DNA of 61,986 nt, the filler included, from Sphacelaria rigidula (lineage: Eukaryota), in assembly GCA_964200075.2 (NCBI GenBank). It is 4 parts of 4 records of this genome, joined end to end, with 100 filler letters (N's around TTAATTAATTAA, not from the genome) between each part and the next. Parts side by side here need not be neighbours in the genome. Positions count along the whole stretch, not along the records: positions 1 to 15,424 come from CAXNAA020001756.1; 3 more parts are not named here. One strand, given 5' to 3'. Within the stretch, counting starts at the first letter, position 1. Each line of letters begins with the position of its first letter. The position numbers and the translations under genes are program-made. The notes below the pieces were generated by a model, which had not been told where the DNA came from, searched no databases, and saw nothing but the letters and a program-made list of their open reading frames with translations. Positions 1 through 12,490 of this stretch are shown here, in pieces.

Positions 1-640
1 AGTCCCGGGTGCCGATGGCCCCCCCGAACGACGTGCGTGAAAAATCCGGAGCGAAAACTGTCAAAATGGCATGTTTGGCTGTTTTCGCGTTTCCGGCCAT
101 TTTTCGTACCATTCCTAGGCAAGAAACGAGAAGGTATACCTTTTCTAGGCCATGGCCCCCCAAAAAACATTTTGGTCCCTCAGTATTTTTTTTCCTGCCC
201 TATGCATTGCCCATACCAAATTTCAGGGTCTAACTCCAAGTGTATAAAAGATAATGGGCTGCAAATTTCAACTCCGCCTCTAAGCTGGCCCAGCTCGTAG
301 CTTGGTTTGTCCACCAGAAAGAGCCGAAAAACAAAATTTCCTGTATGTGTTGTGAACGATTCGCATCCCAAACTGTATGCGCGATCATTTTCACTGTATT
401 TAGCGTACATAGCTGCAGCTAGTACAGGATGTATGTGCTTGCGCACTTCTAAACCGACATATGAACGCAGGGCTCTTGTTCTACTGGTGAACGGCCCCGC
501 CCCCGCCCATGCTGCGCTCAAAGTCGAAATGTGATGATGCAACTCCCAGGCCGTCTCACCTTCGGGTGTATGCCGACAATGTTGCCTTCCTATTTCCCTA
601 AATCACACCGCGGCCTTCGTGCCATGTCCATCCGCAGCAG

Positions 641-3600
641 GACTACCGTCAGGAGCGAACGCATGGACCGCCCCCGAGGAGGGGTGTGCCGGGTCCAGCA
701 GACACGCCGATGAGCCACTCGCACCTCGGACCAGGCCAATCCGGGCCAGGAGGAAGGCGAGGAGAGGAAATGATGAGGGGTCGGCCCCCTCCGCAGGAAC
801 ATCAACCCGGCGCGGGCCGCTACCCTTCTGACCACAGGCAGCAGGACGGCCCACCAATGAGGGGGGAACCACTGAGAGGTGACCCCGCGTTCCGTGGCGG
901 TCCCCGCGGCGGTCCCGGTGGACGCGGGGACCCGGGTGGACCTGGACTCGGTCCAGAGTACCGCCGCGGTCCGCATCCCGGACCGGGTGGACCGGGTGGA
1001 CCCGGTGGGCCCGGCGGGCCCGGCGGACAAGGAGCCGGCGGGCGCGGCCCGCCGCCATCCCGGGGACCAGGCCCTATTACACGTCAGGGGTCGTCAGACC
1101 AAGATGGTCAGGGTGAGGGCAAGTACTACGGCCGAGGCGAACCGGGCCCGGTGCAACCGCAGCAGCAGCGGCAGGGCCCTCCTCCCGGCTTCTCGCGTGG
1201 CGGTCGGGGACCTCCGCCACTTGACCACTATGGACCGGGGGGTCCTCCGGGGGAGAGGTCCGTCCACGAGCGCGGCCCGCCGGGTGAGCGCGGTCCGCTG
1301 GGTGAGCGCGGTCCACCGAATGAGCGCGGCCCGCCGGGTGAGCGCGGACCTCCACATGAACGTGCCCCTCCCAATGAGCGAGGCCCACCACATGAGCGAG
1401 GCCCGCCACATGAGCGCGGACCACCACCCTATGAACGTGGCCCGGCTCATGAGTCACGCGGTCCACCGTCACATGAACATGGTCCGCCTGTCCGTGATTC
1501 ACGAGGTCCGCCACACGAACAGCGAGGTGGCCCACTTCGTGAGCGTGGCCCACAAGACAGGATTCTCCCGCCGCGTGAATTGGAGGCGAGAGGGCCAACG
1601 GAGCGGGATCCACGAGACAGCGGTGGTCCGATGGACCGAGACTCTCGGGGCCGGGGTGGGTCGAGGGAAGTGGAGAGAAGGGCAGGCGGCCCTGGTACTG
1701 GCCGTGAGAGAGGAGGCGGGGGGCGCGGTGGCATCATGGTAGGAGGAAGGGGCGGACCGCCAGGGGCAGGCGGGCGGGACGGAGGTAGAGGGGGCCGGGG
1801 AGGTAGAGGCAGTGGGCGGGGTGGGGGACGGGGAGGTAATATGCATCCATTGGAGTCTCGCAGCGATCCAGCGATGGCTCCGTCGGCCGAGACCGCTGCG
1901 AACCAGCAGGATGTGTCAGCACTGGATCTTGACGTGATGGATATCCCGCTACTCCAGCCTACGGAGGTGAGTGAACTTGCATCCCAGCGGGCGATGATTC
2001 ATGGAAGGTGTCATCACCTAACTCACCAGTGGCTGAGGTGACGTGAGGCACATTAAAAGTAAAACTGACATGTATTGTATCCTGCATTTTCACTATAATG
2101 AGCTCCCCATGTCAAGATGCAACGAAAGTGTTCCGTCGACGTTCAGTTCGCATCCACAAGAGCTTCCCCCTGCCGTCGTTTGTTTATCACCGCTATCACT
2201 TCAACACACAGGAGCGCCAGTCGGAACAAACCGCGCCGGTCCTCTCACAACAGCCGCCGCCGCAGCAACAGCAACAGCCCCCTACCGCACGAGCCGGCCC
2301 GATGTCCAGCTCGAACCCAGTTCTTTTGCCCCAACAGCAGCAGCTTGGCACAACACCGGGACAACCTCGCAGCGGCAACGGTACCGTCTCAAGGCCTGGA
2401 GCTCCCACTCAAACGTGGGTCACGCCAAACAAGCCCTCCACCGGACCCCCACCGCAGGGGGGGTTGTCAACATACCAGCCGCAGCAGATTACCCCAAGCT
2501 TTGGGCTCGACGGGGGACGGCCGGTGGTTACCCTGGGGGGCCCTCGTGGTCCGGTCCCCGGAGGAACTATTGGGCCGACAGGGCGGGACAACGCGTTGGG
2601 TGAAGCGGCGCAGCCGGGGGGCCCGTTGCCTCATCGAAACGGTCGCGAGCCTGCCGGAAATGTGTCCGAGGGCGGGAGAGGCAGCGGCGGCGGCCGTGGA
2701 AACGCTTCCTCGGGTGGATTTGGTAACGATAGTGTTTCCGGCCGGGATACTGGGGGGGACACTGCCAAGGTAAGTAGTGTCGGCGCGAGCGCTAGTCGCA
2801 GTCGCGATGGTGGTCCGAAGCCTAAGGAGAGGCCCGGCGACAAGACTGATTCTCCCGTAAAGGGTGCTGCGATCCAAGCACAAGGTTCGCTGCGGACGTT
2901 ACCGCAGTCTCAGACGCGTTGGAATCAGCCAACGACTACAGTTGCCGTCGCCCCGGGTGTGAGATCCGGATCTTCGAAGCAGCGGATCGACACCCCGCCA
3001 TCCAAGACAGGGTCGAGTGGATCCGGGCATCAGAGCGGAGCAGGCCATCGGGGTGCGGGCGCAGGCGGGTCCCGAAAGGGTAGTGGTAATGGTCAGAGGC
3101 AGCCGGATCTGTCGCGATATCAACGATCGCCATTGTCGCCACCCCAGCCACAGCATCAACGCTCACACGAGGACGCATACCCACCGCACCATGAGTCACC
3201 CCGAACGCAGCAGCAGCAAGCGAAAGGACAGCACCATCAGGATGCCAAGTATCAACAACATGCAACGCAATCGGTTCAGCAGTCTCCACGTCAGTCCCCT
3301 AAACAGGCCCCAAAGCGAAGCCCATACCAGCCATCACCGCAGCAGCAGCAGCAGCAGCAGCAGCCCCCGCAGCAGCAACAGGCGCAGTATCCGGAGCAAT
3401 CCAAACCGCAGCAGCAGCAGCAGCAGCAGCAATCCCAGCAACAACGATCTCAGCAACAACCCCAGCAACAGTCCCAGCAGCAACAGTCCCAGCAACAACC
3501 GCAGACGCAGTATTCGCAGCAGCCCAAAGCGCAGCCTGCCCAGCAGCAACAGCAGCAGCCTCACTACCATCAGCCGCAGCAATACCAGCAGCAATACCAG

Positions 3601-5359
3601 CAGAATTACCAGCAGCCGGCAACGCAAGCCGCAATGTCACAGCCGGTGGCACAGCCGGTGGCACAGCCGGTGGCACAGTCCTCGTCCGCTCAGCATCCCA
3701 CTACGCCCTCTCCAACATCAGGAGTTTACCAGTCCTACACGCAGGCGACGGCCTCCACCACCATGGTGAGTACTCCGTCGTACGGCAGCGTAACTCCGCA
3801 GGGGACCCACAGATCGGCGACCGTGCGTGCGGGTGCCCCCGTTCCCTCTGGGCCGGCCCCTACAGCTTCAGGCTCTGCTGATGGCACCGCGGCGGCACAC
3901 ACGACTTCCGCGAATTCGTCGTGGCGTACTCAAGCGGTGCCGGCGAGTGGCATCGTCGATGCAGCGGCAGCCTCGAACGTCCAGCCTGCTGCGGTTTCGG
4001 TGGGATACAGCGCCAGCAATACGTGGCAACAGTCGGGTGCGGCCACCAATGGGATCGGGGATGCTGGCGCCACGGTGGTGGGGGGGCAGCCGGCGTCGAT
4101 GCAAGCCGCCGTGCAGCCGCCACTGCCGAGAGCGACTGCGTCGGCGGCACCGGGGCCGGCGTCGGCCACTGCAGGAGTAGCAGGAGGGTACAATGCAAGT
4201 GGCGGCGTTCCTCAAGTTCCAGGCTACCAGGGTAGTGGTGTGTCTACCCAAGCAACTCAGTACGCGCAGTACGGCATGGGAGTAGCCCAGCCGGGTACCT
4301 CTGCTACCTCAGCTGACGTGGCACTGGGGGGAGCTTACGGAGCGGCAAGTGCCGGAGGCCAGCAACAGATTAGTATGCAGCAGGCGCAGGCGCCAGCTGC
4401 GCCCGCTATGGGTGCTGAGTCAATTTCCCTCGGTGCCCATGGTACAGCAGCGGCTCCTCCTGGAGGGGCGTACTACGTGACGAGCGGGCAGGCTCAACAG
4501 CCTAGTGTGCAGAACGTGCAGGTGCGCGCGATCTGCAGGATTGTATGCGTGCACATGGGGAATGTATGCTGTTGTCATTTTGCATGGAAAACATGAGTTG
4601 CGTTGTCTTCGTTTTTTTCACGTGCTGATATGTTGCGTATCTTGAGTCCCGAGGGGTCTGGGTCTTGGTGTTGGAGACGGCATGGCGTTTCATTTTGAGC
4701 ACTACTCATCATGGGTCTTCTCGGGACTATTGCAATGCCGACATCTCTGTAAGTACCGATATTTCTTGTTTTTTCCCACAACATTTTGCCACCTGTTTTT
4801 CACGCCCCCCCGCCTCCTCATGTCCTCTTATATCCTGCTTCGTTTAGCATTTTCCGCCTTTCCCGCTCGAATACACTTATCTTACGAGTATGGCTTGGTT
4901 CTTGTAGCGAGTCAGAAAAAAAAAGTCCACCTACATATGTTCCAGCGTTGAAAATAGCGGGTTTGGCCTTCCAGGCGAGCACTGTGAGTAACACCGAATG
5001 TGCTTACACAAAGACAATGTGTCATTCACATGTTGCTCTTGACAACCTTTGGTCGCACGTCGTCAGATCGTCCTCTCCCCGCCGCCCGCCCCGCCGCCCT
5101 CACCTCCGTGATATAGCTTCCCATACTTCAACAACAACCGTATCAACAGTACGTTCAGCAGCCGCTGCCACCGCCGCCGCAGCAGCAGCAGCAGCAGCAA
5201 CAGCAACAGCAACTACAACAACAGCAGCCACAACAACAGCAGCAGCAACAGCAACCGGCGATATTCCCGCCTCTGCCGGCGGGCCCGCCGCCAGCGACGA
5301 CGACCGCTGCGCCATCATCTTACAACCCTGGAAGTGGTGGACCTCCCTCGTGGAGCTGA
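641..5359 (+). CDS. 3' part of a multi-exon low-complexity protein gene (Gly/Pro-rich, ERGPP repeats, RGG boxes, Gln-rich region); exons 641(or 638)-1966, 2212-4521, 5117-5359; 5' exons not identified
   Basis: Seen: acceptor ccgcagcag|GAC at 640/641; donor GAG|gtgagt at 1966; acceptor acacag|GAG at 2212; donor CAG|gtgcgc at 4521; pyrimidine tract plus tag|CTT at 5117; TGA at 5357-5359. All junctions are phase 0 and join ORFs 686..2041 and 2098..4596 to a Q-rich last exon (LPILQQQPYQQY...GGPPSWS*). No folded domain recognised. Confidence 0.8.
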
Positions 5360-8300
5360 GGAAGAGAGCGAGTTTATGAACAAGGAATCGAGTTTTGTGA
5401 TCGATACGGTAGCCGTGCCCACAGCAGCGGTGCTCTCTGTTTCTGTTTCCACAGTGTTGATTTTCTAGGATGTCGTATAGAACTGATGCAATAAATTCAA
5501 TTTCAAAGGAATAGCTCCAGCAGGTGACTCACCTCACCAACAGTGCTCCGTTGTTGGCCAAGCGTTAAGTAACCCCACTGATGTTGGGCTTGCGCTGTGT
5601 GCAGTCCTGAAGGCATAACTGGACCGAAATGCTGGGTGCGCTTCAGTCGTTGGGATTAGAGAACCCCGGGTTCTTCATACGCAAGGACCGAGCACGAGTT
5701 CTGCCATGGACTGATCTTCTACAACACGCGGAGGGGAACCTTGTTACTCTCTAGGGCATAACCACTTCTGTTATTTATTGTGCCTTTTTCCATCATTTTT
5801 TTCAGGGAATTTGTTCGTTTCGGTTAGGTTTCGATGTGTTTGAGGCTTTTGCGGAGGCAGTGGCGAGACGTTTTGGTAAAGGCTTGGGGTACAACAGTGG
5901 CGTCAAAGGTGGTGTCATGGGTTAGTAGCCGTGGAGTATCATAGGAAGCCGAGATGATGTAGCTCGTAGCGGTGTGGTTGAAACGTTTCGGCTGTGACAG
6001 CGTACGTTGTGAGACTCGATGGGGATGGGGGTGGAAAGAGGCTGTGGCTGTTCCCCCGAGAATCATCAGCTGTAATTACACCTGATGCACCCCCTGCTCC
6101 AGGATACGTCCCTGTTACTGAAGGCCGTTGTTTACCACTTGCATCGTGTGACGAAATATTTCTGCAAGTGTTGCTCTAGTATGGCATCAACGATGAAAGC
6201 GAAGACATGATAGGAAAGGACGACCCTAAGACGGAAAAGAAACGCGGGTAGCTGCTTGTACCGACGGTTAGCTGGAACGTTCGCCGGGAGTAGATGTTAG
6301 TTTCCGGTAGCCAAAGGCTATATTGATTGTATCAAGAGCTTGCGAGGCATTCGCGTGTTTCAAGAACGCTACCACCTACGGATTGGATGCTGCGCCATAG
6401 CTGACCTCAACTGGGGAAGGAGTACGTGGATGGAATGAAGAACGGATATATTTGGAAGCGGGGAGGGAAAGGAAGCGGGACTGGCCCGGCGTGCGAATTG
6501 CTCAAGTGCTCCTGATGAATGGAGGAAACTCTTGTTTTTATTCGACCATGTCTGCACACTCCTGAGTGTCGTCTGCTCAGGACCGCGTTCACTTCATGCT
6601 GAGGCCCGTTTTGGAGAAAGCTGAATGTGATGAAAATTGAGGAGCACATAGCACTTACCATCTGTATGTGGTACGGCAGCAGCTTGTGCTTGGTCAAGGG
6701 CAGATGTAGCAGGGGCAAAATAATTGTAAGCATCACTTGGAGCAAATATTTTCAGTCGTGACTGACTCGAGAAGTAGATGCCCATCGTGATCTCGGACTG
6801 TTTGGCGTGGTGGCCGCATCGAGCGTTCCTACGATTGAGGCGTTGTAACCGCGGCTGTAATCGCACGTACGCTGTCCCAAGATGGAATGGGACACACCGT
6901 GCTATGCGCTCGCGTATGTACGCGTGCCACTGTTTTTGCTTGTGAGATCGATTGCCTACACACGAGGCGGGATCGTTGATACCATTGTCGAGATTCGCAT
7001 CGATGCTCAAATAACAGGCTTTCACTTCGGTATCGGGTACTAAACACCCGGCATTCGTGCGGATGATTTGCCCCACGTGACTGGCTGGAGTCAGGGACGG
7101 ATTATTGGGACGTTCCCGCCCGTTTATTTGCATACATGCCTTGCGAGAACTGCAAAACTGATCCAAGTGCCAAACTACAGATGTACGAAGACATCCGTTT
7201 CGGGACCACAGGAGGAGTCACGGCAGACCGAAACTAAGTTGCTCTTCGTAGTCTGGTGGCTCCTCCTGTCGAAGAAACTCATGCCACGAAGCGTTCCTAT
7301 CAGAGAAGCGTGTCAAGTCAAGGGGTGACGATGAGATACCCCTTTGTTTACACACAAACACGCAAACAAGCACGCGCACACCTACGAGTGACAGCTGGGC
7401 ACCCTCCCACAAAGTGCCCTGAATACCATGTTGATGCGTTATTACTTCCACGACTTCTTCACTCGTGGTCATGTCGAGGGGCTACCGACATGATGGTCAC
7501 GGTACCATTCCATGTGGCCCATCCACAGCATGCAGGCGAAGTTCGATGACCTGAACAGCGTGTTGCTACCGATCATTGACGGGCGATGGAGCAAAAATCA
7601 CCGACGCATGCCGAGAGTCATCACACATGGAGATAAACACATGGGGGCCCTTCAAAATAGTGTGCATTATTTCCACTCGGAAAATTAAGATCCATCCAGG
7701 TATCCACGCCCGGGCGCTCCAAGAGTTCACCTTGGGGCTATCGAGTCATCATCTACCAGGTTGGGGTATTCGTATGGTGTCCGTATTTCAACTTTCGAGG
7801 CATGGAAGGCCCTCCTGGCTGAATTGACTTGTTTGTGTTGAGGCGATATCCGCGGTAAGTTGTGAGCTATTTTGACGTCTCGGTTACATGCATGGGCAGG
7901 TGGTGGGCGTCCACAGCGCAGGAACATGGGTCCCATCGCAAGGTGGTTCTCCGAAGTGCCGGCTGCCACTACGGTGCGGCCGAAAACACTCTCCACACGT
8001 GCGATAAGCGATACAAATATAAAGTAATTGCAATACGAGAAAGCCATAGAGTGCGAGGTCCCAGCATGGTACGGTCATGGCGGGCTAGCGACTCATGGCA
8101 CTATGCTATCATCCGCACGGCACACAAGAACAGAGACTGGGTATGTCCCCCTTCATCAAGGTCGAACAACGAAGAACTATTCTCAGAAAGATATCCAATA
8201 TTTCACTACGTGGTGCTGACTCCTAAATCCACAGGTGATCGTAAAGCACCGTGGGTAGTGTCATCTTTTGCGCTACCAATCCGTATCCTTCCTTACTGCG

Positions 8301-8638
8301 TGCGTTATGATTCGGAGACAGTACTACTAAAACCTGCTGTGGTGGTTTGAGTGCTTTGGATGGGTGATGTGAGGAGTGCACATGCACATGGCTAGGAGAG
8401 CTGCAAAAGCTGAAGCCAGGTGCAAGTGTTACGCGAAGCACAAATCGTCAAGCTCGACGCACGTATGTATCGGGACAAAAATTTAGTGGAGTAGACTTTC
8501 GTTCAGTGAGAAGGCAGCGGAAAAACGAGAAGCATTCAAGAAGATGGTGGCTGATGACGCTTTGTATCAGATGGTGGGCAGAGGAAGGAGAGGGCGAATC
8601 CCCAACTCACTTGCTAGGGTACATGCTGTGCACTACGA

Positions 8639-8675
8639 GCCGGTCGCCCCGGTGGCTCAGTGGGTAACCTCGATC
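8639..8675 (+). mobile_element. truncated tRNA-derived SINE-like head
   Basis: gccggtcgccccGGTGGCTCAGTGGgtaacctcga contains a Pol III A-box-like motif. No B-box or cloverleaf follows, so it is not a tRNA gene. The SINE label is inference. Confidence 0.35.
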
Positions 8676-9253
8676 GAATCTGGGAGCGATCTGGGATTTT
8701 TTCTCACACGATGAGCGACTGTGTCATGGGTACACAAGCTTCGCCTCAGCCCTCTGACAGCGAGCGTCGCCTGACAACAGTCTTACAGGCTGACAGGCCT
8801 GAGACATCTAGGGGTTTCCAGTGCTCGGGAGGGGCGGGTGGTTCGTGAGGGGGGGGGGTTGCCTGTACGCAGAGCATGGGAGAAGCTGCCGGAGTTAACC
8901 ATGTGTGTTTGGAACTTTCCCGCGGAAAATCATGAGCCGTGCACGAGGCCCCAGAAGCGCGGGATGCCAATTCTGATCAATCACGGTCGTCAAAACGAGC
9001 ACTTTTGTTCTGGTTCGCGTGGACTGAATCGGACTAATTCGCTGTAAATGAGGGTTTAAAAAAACGCGTGCGGCGCTGCGGCGGCGAAAATATTTGGGGG
9101 AATCTGCGCGCAGCGCAAAAACTTTCGGGGGGTCTTTCATTGTTCAGCATCCGCAGAATTTTTCGTCCATTTACGCACGATATCCCGTGCCTTGTTCAAA
9201 TATTCTCTGCATTCCATTTAAGCCTTTAGCTCTGAAAAGGCTTCTACTGAATA

Positions 9254-9725
9254 ACCGAAATACAAAAAGTGTCCGTCCGTCCGTCGGCCCGTCCGTCTGG
9301 GCCTCATTATGAATCTCCGAACCACGCACTTTTCCCCTCCCAACTCATTCAAAGGCGCGCTGCGCGAAAAAACCATCCCATCGCTCTCTTAACATGAATC
9401 GAGACGCCCTCAACAAGTTTCAGCTTCATTAATGCCCATGGCCTGGTGTTTCGCTTCTGTCTCTGGGCGCACACATGTACACCCCCATCTCGACTCCCTT
9501 GACCAGAGCGAGTCTTGATTGAACTTGTCAGACTTGACTGTGCCAACTTCAAACGAGACACTTTTGGAGGATGGAGGCATCACACGCAGCAACCCGCTCT
9601 ACGAATCACTCTAAACACGCTTGAGAAGGGCAAGCTAAATTGCTGCTTTCTTCGTTGTCTTCGCTTGTGCGTGTCGACGCCGACCGTAGCTGAGGTGGAG
9701 GTGGTATTAAAGTACGTGATCGACG
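9254..9725 (+). repeat. dispersed repeat, copy 1 (diverged direct repeat of 14377-14852)
   Basis: Both copies start accgaaat(a/t)caaaaagtgtcc and share gcgctgcgcgaaaaa.ccatcccatcgctct, gagacgccctcaacaagttt, ggaggcatcacacgcagcaacc and ttaaagtacgtgatc in the same order. Confidence 0.85.
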
Positions 9726-11541
9726 TTAACCCCCTTACACCGACCCGATCATTTCGGGGGCATCTCAACAACGAGCTATCGGCCATCGGACACGCGATTG
9801 ATATGAACTGATCTCGGTTTACATGTCGACAAAAGGCGAGCGTGCGGGTTCCCCTCAACGAAGAGTACGAGGGCGGTAGAGACGTTCACTCTTCGCTACC
9901 GACCCTACTACGAGCGAACTCAAATCGGGTCGTCACGTCGTGAAGTTTGCCCGGAGAGCGTATAGGTCGGATAACAAATATGGAGCGAACAGAAAATCGG
10001 CAAGAAGGTGAGCCTGGCTGTAGTCAATACCCGCAAGGAGTTCGCATCTACTGTGGTCATCGCTGTCTGTGTTGGTCTCTCTCTTGTCTTTCCTGCCTCG
10101 CCTTTTCTCAGTATACAGCCAAAATTTCGTGTAATGTGTACTGAGAGTGCCTACCCTCTGGTGCATACTTTACGTCGGCAACCCAAGGCAAGGCATCCGG
10201 TGTCTGCGGTTGTTGCTGTGTCCTACCGTGTGTTGCTGTCTTTGCCTTCCTCTTTCCTGGCTTTCCTCTTCTGAGCCTACGGCCAAGTGCGTGTATTGTA
10301 TGCCGAGTGTGCTTTCCCACTGTACTGTGTGTGTCTCCATTATAAACACCGAGGAGAGGCCGGAGGTGCTTCGTTGGGAACAGTGACCGGTTGTGTTCTA
10401 GTACTGTACTGTCTTACTGTACTGCACTGTCTGCAGGTTCACAGGGTCGGACGAATCGATAGTTCGTCTGGAAATTACTTGATGTTAGTGCAATTAATTA
10501 GTACCGTGCGAATCAATCGTTGGGCCTCGTTTTCAGCGTTGCAAGCCAGGTACGCGCAGCCCAGGCACGTGGAATGGTGCAAACGTTGTGTGGAGACCTG
10601 TTTGACCAGTGGTTGACTTTCTCGTGCCTTTCGAGCAATCAGGCCTAAGGAATCGTGGATTCGGCTAGTCGAACCGACAATCATTCGTCCTAACAGTGGT
10701 AGGTTTTATCTAAATCTAAATTATCATGACAGCCAAGTGAAAGCTGTTTCGTTCTTTCCAGGGGTCTACACGTTACACATGCCACAGCGTTACACGTTAC
10801 GTTCACGTTACGTTTTGGCTGAAACGTTACATGAACGTTAATTTTTCCCACGTGATGAACGTAACGTCAAAGTAACGTTAAATTTTCAAATATAACATTG
10901 ACGCAACGTCATTTTTCTTAACGTGACATGAGTAACGTAACGTGAACGTTTAATTGCCCAAACGTGTAAATCACGTGATATGAAACGTATCATGTAACGT
11001 GTAACGTATATTTCACGTCACACGTGCATTCGACATTATATATTACACGTAACGTTACATGTTACGTTACACGTTACATAAATTGTCATGAACACGTCAC
11101 ATGAAGTGGTGAAACCTCAAGTTTGCAATGAATTTTATAATCCTAGCAGATGATGCTTCAATGAACACGAGTGAGTTCGAATGACCATGGTATAGGTATG
11201 GTATACTATTGCGAAAATTTGGCGCTACCCCCACCACACGTCACATTCCAAGTTATGTTTGCAACGCTGCATCATAACATCATAATCGTCTCGACCACAT
11301 TCAAGGCTACTACTTATGTATTAAAAAAACACGTCGTCAGAAAAGCCGTTTCTCAACAGCGCGATTTTCCACACACTTTTTCCAAGTAGCCCTTCTTACG
11401 TAATCGACGCGCTGTCAAAATTGGAAAGGCAGTGCTCATCGTTTTTTAATGGGTGTGCAGGCATAATTTCAAAATCTGGGGCGCGCGTGAGAGACGCAGC
11501 ACTCTGCTGTCGTGTCGTGGTGTACGGTCCGTACTGACTGT

Positions 11542-11786
11542 CTGTACTACTGCGGTACATTGCCTGAGCAATACATAGTGGACTGTGTGACACGAGATGA
11601 TCAATACGAACACCACCTTGCTGTACTACTGTGGTACATTGCCTGAGCAATACATAGTGGGCTGTGTGACACGAGACGATCAATACGAACACCACCTTGC
11701 TGTACTACTGTGGTACATTGCCTGAGCAATACATAGTGGGCTGTGTGACACGAGACGATCAATACGAAAACCACCTTGCTGTACTA
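11542..11786 (+). repeat. 79-bp tandem repeat, 3 copies, inside the TIR element
   Basis: Unit ctgtactactg(c/t)ggtacattgcctgagcaatacatagtgg...caccaccttg starts at 11542, 11621 and 11700; a partial unit starts at 11779. Confidence 0.95.
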
Positions 11787-11898
11787 ACTCACTGTAGAAG
11801 TGACGGTTGTGCTTTTCACTGCACGGTAGTACTTGACTGAAAGGAAAGCACGGACAAGAATACACACGACAGTGCTGTATTGTATGCTTTGGCTGTAG

Positions 11899-12490
11899 TG
11901 ATGGCTTGGCTGCCATCATTACTGCTGTCGCTGGTGCTCGCGGGCAGTCAGCATTTTGCTTTATTGTCCTTCGCTCGCCAGTAACGTGATAGCCCTTACC
12001 CCCCATGAGAACAAAATGGGGCAGGGGCCGTGACGAGTGCTGTCAGACACTCTGCATGTAGTTTGCACAGTAGTGTAGCTTAGTTCAGGTCTGTGCATGC
12101 AGCGTGTTGCAAACAGCACTCGAATACGGTACAGACTGCCCAAGCACCCAAGCTCTGTAGACACTACGGCAGTAGCACTACTGCTTTTACTGTGGTCTTG
12201 TGTGTACGGTCAGTGCGGTCCTGTCTCTACAAGCCTTGGGTGCGTGAGCAGTCTGGACTGCATCGCGAGTGCTGTTCGCATCACGCTGCATGCACAGACC
12301 TGAAGCGCGAGCTACATAACCGTCTGTGCAAACCACACAGCGTTTGTAAAGCACTCGTCATGGACCCTGCCTGTGCTCTTCTCATGGGGTAAAGATCAAT
12401 CATGATACTGGCGAGCGAAGGACAATGAAGCAACACGCTGACCGCCCGCGGGCACCAGCGACAGCAGTGGTAATGGCAACCGAGCCACCA
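11899..12490. repeat. long imperfect inverted repeat (arms ~265 bp, loop ~60 bp)
   Basis: ttcaggtctgtgcatgcagcgtg (~12084) is the reverse complement of cacgctgcatgcacagacctgaa (~12282). attgtccttcgctcgccagta (~11963) is the reverse complement of tactggcgagcgaaggacaat (~12406). Pairing continues through both arms. Confidence 0.9.

Noticed and set aside
1230-1440. Collagen-like GPPGER repeats
   Set aside because: Gly-X-Y periodicity holds for only a few triplets; most units have H, N or Y at the Gly position.
590-4251. Many long overlapping alternative-frame and antisense ORFs
   Set aside because: Shadow ORFs of a GC-rich low-complexity coding region; splice signals support only the called frame.
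7400-8350. Possible decayed retroelement integrase (GCHYGAAENTL resembles the HxGxxKT zinc-finger motif)
   Set aside because: Single weak motif; no C..C pair, DDE core or RT motifs found.
11542-11786. CRISPR-like array
   Set aside because: Units are near-identical over their whole length, with no unique spacers and no cas genes; it is a minisatellite.
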